Shown in pieces: positions 20,027 through 28,955 of a stretch of DNA of 64,000 nucleotides. Within the stretch, counting starts at the first letter, position 1. Each line of letters opens with the position of its first letter. The position numbers and the translations under genes are program-made. The DNA comes from Coleofasciculus sp. B1-GNL1-01 (GTDB taxonomy: Bacteria > Cyanobacteriota > Cyanobacteriia > Cyanobacteriales > Coleofasciculaceae), in NCBI GenBank assembly GCA_040220235.1, contig JAVJTO010000102.1; one strand, given 5' to 3'. The notes under the pieces were generated by a model, which was not told the DNA's origin, made no database searches, and worked only from the letters and a program-made list of their open reading frames with translations.

Positions 20027-22078
20027 GTGAGCCAAGGAGCAATTACTATCATGATGGTTGATGATCGGGTGACTAAATCGGCGGTAAAACCGTCCTTGCA
20101 ACAACAGGCAGACGTGGTTCTAGTGAGTATGCCTTTTGGTCCCCTGCTTCCCTCTATCGGACTAGGTTTGCTCAAGGCTTCACTTGCGCCTGCAAACCTC
20201 TCGACGAAAGTGTGTTACTTCACCCTCCGCTTTGCTCAACAGATTGGCATTTCCCGCTATAACGAGACAACAAGTGGGGAAGTCTCGGTGTGTGATTTGG
20301 TGGGAGAATGGGTCTTTTCCGATGCCCTGTTTGACTCAAGGGTGCAGGATGTAGAAAACTTTATTGAAGATGTACTACGGGGACGTTCCCCAACTCATCG
20401 TGGGTCTTATCCAAATAGTAAACCGGTTTCTGAAACCTTTATCCAAAATGTTCTGTACATCCGCAGCTTAGTTGAGAACTTTCTGGATGAATGCGTAGCA
20501 GAAGTTTTGAGTTATCGTCCTCGCTTGGTTGGGTTTACCAGTACGTTTCACCAACACGTTGCAGCACTGGCGCTGGCTAAACGCCTGAAAGCAAAAGCGC
20601 CAGAGGTGTTTATCGAATTTGGCGGCGCGAATTGCCAAGGTGTGATGGGGATTGAAACAATCCGCCAATTTTCCTTTGTAGATGCCATTATATCGGGTGA
20701 AGGCGATCGCGTGTTTCCAGAATTGGTTCACCGAGTTTTCCAGAACCAGCCTGTTTCTGATTTGCCAGGGGTTTATACTCGAAACCGGATTGATGCGATC
20801 GGCAATTATTGGAATTTGAATGCGCCGACTGTTCATCAGATGGATGCGCTACCCATCCCAGATTACGATGACTACTTCCAAGAGTGGGAGAAAATTCGTC
20901 CTCACTTAAGTGAACCTTATCAGCCACGACTCCTAATAGAAACCTCACGAGGATGCTGGTGGGGAGAAAAAAAGCACTGTACGTTTTGTGGACTCAACGG
21001 TACGGAGATGACCTACCGCAGCAAGTCAGGGACTCGTGCTTTGGAGGAACTGCTCTATTTGATTGATAAATATCCAGGTTATCCCATTTCTGTGGTCGAT
21101 AATATCCTGGATATGAAGTATTTCAAAGACTTGATTCCAGAGATGGCAGCACGCCAGCTTGATTTGGAACTGTTTTATGAAGTGAAAGCCAATCTCAGAA
21201 AAGAGCAAGTGCGACTGCTCAAAGATGCCGGAATTACGATGATTCAGCCCGGGATCGAGAGTTTTAGCACTCACGTTCTCGAACTCATGCAAAAAGGTGT
21301 TCGCGGTTTACAAAATATCCAGTTGCTCAAATGGTGTAAAGAGTTAGGTGTTACCCCGTTCTGGAATCTGTTGTGGGGCTTTCCAGGTGAAACACCAGAG
21401 GACTACAGCCAGATGGCAAATCTGATTCCGTTACTGACTCATCTGCGACCTCCTAAATGGGCAGGGGCAATCCGGATTGACCGCTTCAGCCCTCATTTTG
21501 ATCGTCCGGAAGAGTTTGGCTTTGAGGAGGTTGTGCCGTTTCCCGCCTATCATTATATCTATCCATTCGCTCCTGAAGCGGTTGCTAATCTTGCTTATTT
21601 CTTCACCTTTAAGTATTGTCAGCAGCAAGATGTGGAACGTTATACCCGTCGGGTGAGAGAAGAAATCATCGCTTGGCAGTCTGCCTATGAAACCAGTACC
21701 CTGTTTGCTGTAGACCAAGGGACAAGCCTACAAATTTGGGATTTGCGACCGATTGCCCATCAATTGTTAGTCACACTGACAGAACCCTTGAAGACGCTGT
21801 ACCTGGCTTGTGACGGTATCCGCACCGTTAACTTCCTGCACCAGTTGCTTGCAAACCGCTTCAGTTATGCTATATCAGTGCAAGACGTAGCAGAAATGCT
21901 TCAACCCTTGGTTGATCGGGGATTACTGCTCAACGAAGGCAATTCCTATCTCAGTTTAGCGGTGTCAGTGGGTGAGTATTCACCCGACAAATCGGTGTTG
22001 AAGCGGTTGGTATCACAGGTAACACAGCGAGGACATCAGGTGTCACGAGTCAATGATTACTGCGAAATCACAAATTGA
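20027..22078 (+). CDS. B12-dependent RiPP-maturation radical SAM C-methyltransferase (TIGR03975/PoyB-PoyC-like)
   Basis: LVSMPFG..PSIGLGLLKA, B12-binding VGFTSTFHQ/FGGANC, CX7CX2C motif GCWWGEKKHCTFCGLNG, QPGIES, RIDRFSP. Confidence 0.9.
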   Translation: MSQGAITIMMVDDRVTKSAVKPSLQQQADVVLVSMPFGPLLPSIGLGLLKASLAPANLSTKVCYFTLRFAQQIGISRYNETTSGEVSVCDLVGEWVFSDALFDSRVQDVENFIEDVLRGRSPTHRGSYPNSKPVSETFIQNVLYIRSLVENFLDECVAEVLSYRPRLVGFTSTFHQHVAALALAKRLKAKAPEVFIEFGGANCQGVMGIETIRQFSFVDAIISGEGDRVFPELVHRVFQNQPVSDLPGVYTRNRIDAIGNYWNLNAPTVHQMDALPIPDYDDYFQEWEKIRPHLSEPYQPRLLIETSRGCWWGEKKHCTFCGLNGTEMTYRSKSGTRALEELLYLIDKYPGYPISVVDNILDMKYFKDLIPEMAARQLDLELFYEVKANLRKEQVRLLKDAGITMIQPGIESFSTHVLELMQKGVRGLQNIQLLKWCKELGVTPFWNLLWGFPGETPEDYSQMANLIPLLTHLRPPKWAGAIRIDRFSPHFDRPEEFGFEEVVPFPAYHYIYPFAPEAVANLAYFFTFKYCQQQDVERYTRRVREEIIAWQSAYETSTLFAVDQGTSLQIWDLRPIAHQLLVTLTEPLKTLYLACDGIRTVNFLHQLLANRFSYAISVQDVAEMLQPLVDRGLLLNEGNSYLSLAVSVGEYSPDKSVLKRLVSQVTQRGHQVSRVNDYCEITN

Positions 22079-22196
22079 TCAGTTGTTCCACCTTTAGTTT
22101 CCAGGTACTTACCCCGTTCGATGCCATCTTCATCGCTTAGTTAGAGAGGGACGTAGAATGGTAATGATTTGAGCTAAATAATGTGAGATATGATAG

Positions 22197-25100
22197 ATGC
22201 TCAAATCAACCGGATATGATATGACCTGTGAATCGAGCTTACATTTCTGGACATGGTTTAACCACAGACGCATCCGAACAACTGATTGGCGAGTTAATTC
22301 TAAAATTATTTCAGGAATTAAAATACTATTTTTAGTAGTCCTGATGAGCCTGAGTTTAGCCACTAATGCCTTGGCTCAACCGTCTAATATTCAGTTTGAT
22401 CGACTGACTATTGAGGATGGACTATCTGCCAGTACAGTCTTTTCTATTTTACAAGACCGTCAAGGATTTATGTGGTTTGCTACTCCCGATGGTTTGAACC
22501 AGTATGATGGTTATCAATTTAAGCTTTATAAACACAATTCTCTTGATCACTCTTCACTATCTGACAATTTCGTCACGACAATTTATAAAGATCATTTAGA
22601 AACTCTTTGGATCGGAACTAAGAATGGAGGACTCAATAAATTTAACAAAGTAGACGAAACATTTACTCATTACCAGTATGATCCCAATCATCCCAATAGC
22701 TTAAGCCAAAATCATATTTTATCAATTTATGAAGACCAATCGGGTATACTCTGGATTGGCACGGAAGGGGGCGGACTTAACAAATTTGATAGGGAAACAG
22801 AGCAGTTTATTCACTACAGCCATGACCCAGCTAATCCTCATAGTTTGAGTAACAATACGGTGACTTCACTCTATGCAGATAAACAGGGGACGCTTTGGGT
22901 AGGAACCAATGGTGGTGGCTTAAATCAATTTGATAGAGAAAGCCAGCAATTTAAGCATTATCAAAATGAACCAGGTAATCCTTCAAGTTTAAGTGATAAT
23001 CATATTTTATCAATTTATGAAGACCAATCAGGTACAATCTGGATTGGCACGGAAGGGGGTGGACTCAATAAATTTGACGAGGAAATGGGACAATTTATTC
23101 ACTATAGATACGAGCCAACTAACCCTGATAGTCTTAGTAGTAATACAGTGGGTCAAATTTATGAAGACCAATCAGGAGTGATGTGGATTGGAACGGGTAG
23201 CTGGTTGGGAACGTCGGGTGGGAAAGGAGTTAATACATTCGATCGAGAAACTGAAACATTTACGAGTTATACCAACAATCCAGCAAAATCCACAAGCTTC
23301 AGTGATAATACTTGCTTGTCTATTTATGAAGATAATTCTGGAATTATTTGGTTTGGCACTTTTAGTGGAGGAGTCAACAAAGTTGATCGGAAAAAGCGCA
23401 AATTTATCCACTATACTCACGAACCCGGTAACTCCAATAGTTTGAGTGAGAATACATCGGTAATGTCCATTTATGAAGATTCATCTGGCACAGTATGGAT
23501 AGGTACATTTGGTGGAGTCCTTGAGAAATTAGATCGTCAAACTGGAGAATTTACACACTATAAACATGAACCCGATACTCCAACCAGTTTAAGTGACAAT
23601 GCTGTCTGGTCTATTTACGAAGATAAGGGAGGAACACTTTGGGTCGGTACGTTTGGTGGTGGACTCAACAAATTTAACCGTGCAACCCAGGCATTTATCC
23701 ATTATTACCATGACGTTGATAATCCTACAAGTTTAAGCAACGATGCAGTGATGTCCATCTATGAAGATAGACAAGGAAATTTTTGGATTGGCACATTTGG
23801 GGGTGGATTAAATAAATTTGACCGTGAAACTGGGCAATTTACCGCTTATCGAAATCAACCGGATAATCCCCAAAGTTTGAGTGATAACAACATTTGGCAA
23901 CTTTACGAAGATAAAGAGGGTCGATTTTGGATTGCTACCCATAACGGTGGACTCAATAAATTTGACCGCAAAACTCAGCAATTTACCCGTTACCAATATA
24001 GCCAAGACCCGAATAGTTTGAGTAATAACAGTGTCTTGTCCATTTATGAAGATCAGTCGGGAATTCTTTGGTTGGGTACATTTGGTGGTGGACTTAATAA
24101 GTTCGACCCCGACACCGAGTCATTTTCTCATTACTCTGAAAAAGATGGTCTTGCCAATGATGTGGTTTATGGCATCCTTGGCGATGATGACGGCAATCTT
24201 TGGTTAAGTACGAATAAGGGGTTGTCCAAGTTTAATCCAAAAACGGAAACCTTTAAAAATTATGATGTTAGGGATGGACTTCAGAGTAATGAGTTTAATG
24301 CGGGAGCTTATTATCGTAGTCAAACCGGGGAAATGTTTTTTGGCGGCGTAAATGGCTTCAATGTATTTTACCCAGACCAAGTAAAAGATAATCCCTATAT
24401 TCCTTCCATTGTGATTACAGAGTTTAAAAAACTCAACCAAGATATTAAGTTAGATAAAAATATATCACAGATTCAAGAACTGAAACTATCTTATAAAGAT
24501 TATGTGTTTTCCTTGGAGTTCGCCGCCTTAAACTATACAATACCCGAGAAAAATCAGTACGCCTACAAACTAGAAGGTTTTGATCAAGACTGGATTCAGG
24601 CTGGAACAAGACGTTATGCCACTTATACTAACCTCGATGGTGGAACCTATACGTTTCGGGTGAAAGGGTCAAATAATGATGGAGTGTGGAACGAACAAGG
24701 GACATCGATTCAGATTATTATTTCGCCACCTCCCTGGGAAACGGGATGGGCTTACACCTTGTATGTTTTGGCGTTGGTGAGTACAGTTTTTGGCTATGTG
24801 CAGTGGAGAATCAGGGCGCAGAAACGAGAAACGGCACTGCTGCGAGAAAATGAAAGAAAACTGAATCAAATTTTGGAAGCCATTCCCGTGGGAATTGGTG
24901 TGATTGACGCCATAGGAAAATGGGTTTATGTGAATAAAACTGGGTTAAAATTACATGGGTTAGATGCTCCAAAAGACGGGTTCATTGAGAATTTATCCCA
25001 AGCTTATCAGGTTTATATTGCGGGGACAGATCAGTTATATCCGACAGAAAATTTGCCCTTAGTTCGGGCGTTGCGGGGAGAAAAAACCATCATTGATGAT

Positions 25101-27278
25101 GTAGAAGTTCATCAACCGGATCGGGTTGTTCCCTTAGAAGCTTGGGGGACACCCATTTATGATAATCAGGGGAACATTATTTATGCGATCACGGCGTTTC
25201 AAGATATCACCCAACGCAAACAAGCCGAACGCGATCGCCTTCAGTTTACCCAAGCCCTGGAAGCCAAAAACGCCGCCCTGCAACGCCTCGACCAACTTAA
25301 GGACGAATTTCTCGCCAATACCTCCCATGAACTCCGCACGCCTCTGAATGGGATTATTGGTATTGCTGAATCCTTAATCGATGGTGCAGCCGGGGCGCTG
25401 TCTGAGGTGCAAATCGCGAACTTGGCGATGATTGTCTCTAGTGGGAAGCGCCTCTCCAGTTTGGTTAATGATCTTCTGGATTTCTCTAAACTGAAAAACC
25501 AAGATATCGAACTGCAACGCCAACCCGTGGATTTTCAGCAAATTACTGACGTGGTTCTGACTCTTTGTCAACCTTTAGTTACGGGTAAATCCTTACATCT
25601 ACGAAACCAGGTTCCGGCTAATTTACCTGCTGTTGATGGGGATGAAAATCGCTTGCAACAGATTATGTATAACTTAGTCGGGAATGCAATTAAGTTTACT
25701 GAATCCGGGTCAGTTACCGTATCCGCCCAGGTGAAGAATAACCAGATTGAAGTCACCGTTGCGGATACAGGAATTGGGATTCCAGAGGATAAATTTGAGG
25801 ATATTTTCAAATCCTTTGAACAGGTTGATACCTCCCCCTCCCGATCTTATAGTGGCACGGGTTTAGGATTGAGTATTACTAAACAATTAGTCGAACTCCA
25901 TGGCGGTACTATCCGAGTTGAGTCTGAACGGGGACAGGGGTCTCAATTTGTCTTTACTCTACCCATGAGTAGCAAGTCTCCAGAACCTTCCTTGAGTATT
26001 AGCCAATTTATCAGCAAAGTACGACCCAATCCGATCCAACTTCCGACACCATCACCGGAAGAAACAACGATCGCGTCTAATCAAAAATTAATCATTTTAG
26101 TCGTTGATGATGAACCGATTAATCTGCAAGTCGTGACTAATCACCTTTCGGTACAAAACTATCGGATTATTCGCGCCATCAATGGGATGGAAGCCTTAGA
26201 TCAGATTCAAAAGGGGTTAAGACCCGATTTAATTCTCCTGGATTTGATGATGCCCAAAATGTCAGGGTATCAGGTTTGCCGCATGATTCGCCAGCAGTTT
26301 TCAGCGTCAGAAATGCCGATTGTGATGTTAACGGCGAAAAATCAGGTGTCTGATTTGGTGGCTGGTTTAGAGGTGGGGGCGAATGATTATGTGACTAAAC
26401 CTGTGCTGAAAAATGAATTGCTGGCACGGATTAAAACTCATCTTCGGTTATCGAAAATCAATAGTGCCTATAGTCGGTTTGTTCCCCATGAATTCCTCCG
26501 CTTTCTGGGACGTGAAAGTATTATTGATGTCCAGTTAGGGGATCAGGTGCAGCAGGAGATGTCGGTTTTGTTTGCGGATATTCGTAACTTTACCACGTTG
26601 TCGGAGCAAATGTCTCCCAAGCAAAACTTTAATTTTATTAATGCGTATTTAAAACGAGTGGGTCCGGTGATTCGCCAGCATCAAGGTTTTATTGATAAAT
26701 ATATTGGCGATGCCGTGATGGCATTGTTTCCTCATACCCCTGATGACGCTTTGCAAGCTGCGATTGAGATGCAACAGGAGGTGACACAGTATAATCGCGA
26801 TCGCCAAAATGCTGGATATCTGCCAGTAACTATTGGTATTGGCTTAAATACGGGAAGTTTGATGTTAGGAACGATTGGGGAAAAACAACGGATGGAAAGT
26901 ACAGTAATTTCTGATACGGTGAACCTAGCCTCCCGGCTGGAAGACTTAACTAAAGTCTATGGGGCGGCGATTTTGGTGAGTGGACATACATTATTTGACT
27001 TGGATGATCCTAACCAGTATGAGTATCGATTTATAGGTCAAGTTCAAGTTAAAGGCAAAAAGGATTTAGTGCCTATCTTTGAGGTGTTTGAGACTGATCC
27101 GATTGATAGCCGCAGGTTAAAGCAGCAAACGAAGCAAAAGTTTGAACAAGGGGTTATCTTGTATCACCAGAGACAATTCTCATTAGCGTCTCAACGCTTT
27201 ACAGAAATCAGCCAAATCAACCCACAGGATCAAGCGGCTCATTTCTATATCCAGCGCTGTCAAGGGTTACAAGAGTAG
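22197..27278 (+). CDS. Hybrid sensor: extracytoplasmic Reg_prop beta-propellers + Y_Y_Y, TM, PAS, HisKA/HATPase, REC, class III adenylate cyclase
   Basis: Signal-like FLVVLMSLSLATNALA; many SIYEDxxGxLWIGTxGGGLNKFD repeats; [62 protein letters not shown]. True start uncertain. Confidence 0.92.
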   Translation: MLKSTGYDMTCESSLHFWTWFNHRRIRTTDWRVNSKIISGIKILFLVVLMSLSLATNALAQPSNIQFDRLTIEDGLSASTVFSILQDRQGFMWFATPDGLNQYDGYQFKLYKHNSLDHSSLSDNFVTTIYKDHLETLWIGTKNGGLNKFNKVDETFTHYQYDPNHPNSLSQNHILSIYEDQSGILWIGTEGGGLNKFDRETEQFIHYSHDPANPHSLSNNTVTSLYADKQGTLWVGTNGGGLNQFDRESQQFKHYQNEPGNPSSLSDNHILSIYEDQSGTIWIGTEGGGLNKFDEEMGQFIHYRYEPTNPDSLSSNTVGQIYEDQSGVMWIGTGSWLGTSGGKGVNTFDRETETFTSYTNNPAKSTSFSDNTCLSIYEDNSGIIWFGTFSGGVNKVDRKKRKFIHYTHEPGNSNSLSENTSVMSIYEDSSGTVWIGTFGGVLEKLDRQTGEFTHYKHEPDTPTSLSDNAVWSIYEDKGGTLWVGTFGGGLNKFNRATQAFIHYYHDVDNPTSLSNDAVMSIYEDRQGNFWIGTFGGGLNKFDRETGQFTAYRNQPDNPQSLSDNNIWQLYEDKEGRFWIATHNGGLNKFDRKTQQFTRYQYSQDPNSLSNNSVLSIYEDQSGILWLGTFGGGLNKFDPDTESFSHYSEKDGLANDVVYGILGDDDGNLWLSTNKGLSKFNPKTETFKNYDVRDGLQSNEFNAGAYYRSQTGEMFFGGVNGFNVFYPDQVKDNPYIPSIVITEFKKLNQDIKLDKNISQIQELKLSYKDYVFSLEFAALNYTIPEKNQYAYKLEGFDQDWIQAGTRRYATYTNLDGGTYTFRVKGSNNDGVWNEQGTSIQIIISPPPWETGWAYTLYVLALVSTVFGYVQWRIRAQKRETALLRENERKLNQILEAIPVGIGVIDAIGKWVYVNKTGLKLHGLDAPKDGFIENLSQAYQVYIAGTDQLYPTENLPLVRALRGEKTIIDDVEVHQPDRVVPLEAWGTPIYDNQGNIIYAITAFQDITQRKQAERDRLQFTQALEAKNAALQRLDQLKDEFLANTSHELRTPLNGIIGIAESLIDGAAGALSEVQIANLAMIVSSGKRLSSLVNDLLDFSKLKNQDIELQRQPVDFQQITDVVLTLCQPLVTGKSLHLRNQVPANLPAVDGDENRLQQIMYNLVGNAIKFTESGSVTVSAQVKNNQIEVTVADTGIGIPEDKFEDIFKSFEQVDTSPSRSYSGTGLGLSITKQLVELHGGTIRVESERGQGSQFVFTLPMSSKSPEPSLSISQFISKVRPNPIQLPTPSPEETTIASNQKLIILVVDDEPINLQVVTNHLSVQNYRIIRAINGMEALDQIQKGLRPDLILLDLMMPKMSGYQVCRMIRQQFSASEMPIVMLTAKNQVSDLVAGLEVGANDYVTKPVLKNELLARIKTHLRLSKINSAYSRFVPHEFLRFLGRESIIDVQLGDQVQQEMSVLFADIRNFTTLSEQMSPKQNFNFINAYLKRVGPVIRQHQGFIDKYIGDAVMALFPHTPDDALQAAIEMQQEVTQYNRDRQNAGYLPVTIGIGLNTGSLMLGTIGEKQRMESTVISDTVNLASRLEDLTKVYGAAILVSGHTLFDLDDPNQYEYRFIGQVQVKGKKDLVPIFEVFETDPIDSRRLKQQTKQKFEQGVILYHQRQFSLASQRFTEISQINPQDQAAHFYIQRCQGLQE

Positions 27279-27293
27279 GGGCTTGGGAACCAA

Positions 27294-27426
27294 CATTGGT
27301 ATTAACTTACAGAGGATGCTTCGCTTTTGTTGCACGGGAGAAGGGGGATCGGATGCTCTTGCTCCCCTCTCCCCGGCGTGGGAGAGGGGCTGGGGGTGAG
27401 GGGTTGAGCTTAAGTTGACACGGATG
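27294..27426. repeat. Composite dispersed repeat/MITE with a CTTAAGTTGACAC end
   Basis: Reverse-complement similarity to 38932..39090 (GTGTCAACTTAAGCTCAACCCCTCACCCCCAGCCCCTCTCCC; AAGCGAAGCATCC). Confidence 0.7.
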
Positions 27427-27493
27427 GTTCCCAAACCCCTATATTTTTATTAGGGGTGATGGGTTCGCACTCCTATCTTCTTTTGGCGATCGT

Positions 27494-28639
27494 TCAATCC
27501 GAAGATTCTCCTGGTTCAATCGCATTCTGCACCATGGCTTTGGTGACGGGAGAGGCTGAAGGTTCCAGGGTGTTAAGGTTTATCATCAACAGGTTCTCTA
27601 CCGTCGCACTCAATAAGTCAGAGAGGATTTGACGCCAAGCCTTATATGGTGCAGTATGTTCCTCCTGCTTGCACCACTGCGCGATCGCATTGGCTAAGTC
27701 TTCTAGTTTATCGGGTAAGGGTTGAATCAAAAAAGCCAAGTCAGCTAAGTCTTCTGGGGAGAACAGTTCACGTTGATGATTTAATAGTTGAATAAATGCC
27801 AGAACATTCTGTTGATCAAATAACTGGCAAGCCTGTTGGACGACTTCCAGTGGCAGGTCTAACCCCTCAGCAATCATCTCCAAACTCAAACCCAACTGGA
27901 TCATACGTGGTATGGCTTCTAACTTGGCTTTGAGTTGACCTTCTGTCAAACCTTGCTGTTTCCCTTCGACTAAGCCTTCTTCTAAACCTTCTTGTTTGGC
28001 TTCCTGATACACTTTGGTTTGTTTGAGTTCACTTAAACCTAACATGGCTTCTATTTCCTCCCGGCTTTTTTGGGGTAATTTGTACACGATTATTGTTTCG
28101 ATTAAATCGATCAAGTCCCGTTTTGTGGTTGCATCAGCTATCTGAGTTTGAGCTTCGTCGATTAACCGCCTTGCTAATTCAGGTGCTGTCTGTTGATTCT
28201 CAATGACTAGCTTAACAATTCTTACGCCCAGGGAATCTGATCCTGATTCCCCTAACTGATCTAAGTAAATGCGTTGCACTCTCGTCAAGAGTTCCTGAAA
28301 TTGTAATGGTTGTTCTCTTTCAATCCGGCGAGTGGGATAAATGACGACAACCCGCCAAGGATAGGGGGGTTTGTATTGCCTTAAGAAGATAAAGAGTTCC
28401 GCAAATAAACGATAGTATAAATCTTCATCGAGTTGAAATTGAACTTCGACGACGTAGAAGGGTTGGTTTCTGGTTTGGTTTTTGGGTAAGAATAAACCAT
28501 CGAGTCGAAATGACAGTTGTTTGATTTCACGGGAAGTGAATTCATAAGTGGCGGCTTGTTCGGTTGGCTGGTTAATCAGTTCAAAGAAGATACTGGGAAA
28601 CTCTTTAAACAGGCTATAGAAGATAGTGTCAGTTTTCAC
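27494..28639 (-). CDS. Rpn-family / DUF2887 recombination-promoting nuclease-like protein with C-terminal extension
   Basis: MKTDTIFYSLF, SREIKQLSFRLDGLF, VEVQFQ, IETIIVYKLPQKSREEIEAML, EGxxEG repeats; GTG start at 28639. Confidence 0.85.
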   Translation of the reverse strand: MKTDTIFYSLFKEFPSIFFELINQPTEQAATYEFTSREIKQLSFRLDGLFLPKNQTRNQPFYVVEVQFQLDEDLYYRLFAELFIFLRQYKPPYPWRVVVIYPTRRIEREQPLQFQELLTRVQRIYLDQLGESGSDSLGVRIVKLVIENQQTAPELARRLIDEAQTQIADATTKRDLIDLIETIIVYKLPQKSREEIEAMLGLSELKQTKVYQEAKQEGLEEGLVEGKQQGLTEGQLKAKLEAIPRMIQLGLSLEMIAEGLDLPLEVVQQACQLFDQQNVLAFIQLLNHQRELFSPEDLADLAFLIQPLPDKLEDLANAIAQWCKQEEHTAPYKAWRQILSDLLSATVENLLMINLNTLEPSASPVTKAMVQNAIEPGESSD

Positions 28640-28955
28640 GTTCTCCTTGGGTAAAGGTGACATCGTTAATCAGGGCTACTATGCCAACCTCTCTCATCCC
28701 AAATTTATATAATGGCTAGATTGACAAAATGACGTAAATATGGTTAGAGCCAAGCTAGGGGAGAAGAGCGCGATACGTCCTATCAGACACGCTGGCGCGA
28801 TCGCACTCCGTCAGGCGGTGAACTCTGGTTGTGGTGAGAGTGGGGGAAAAACAAGAGTGTCAGAGGCGATCGCTAAATAGAATCCTGACAATCTCTATGA
28901 TCAATTGTGGCTAGTTTTGGGTTTATACTCAAATCATTAAGAGCCGCCTTTATCT

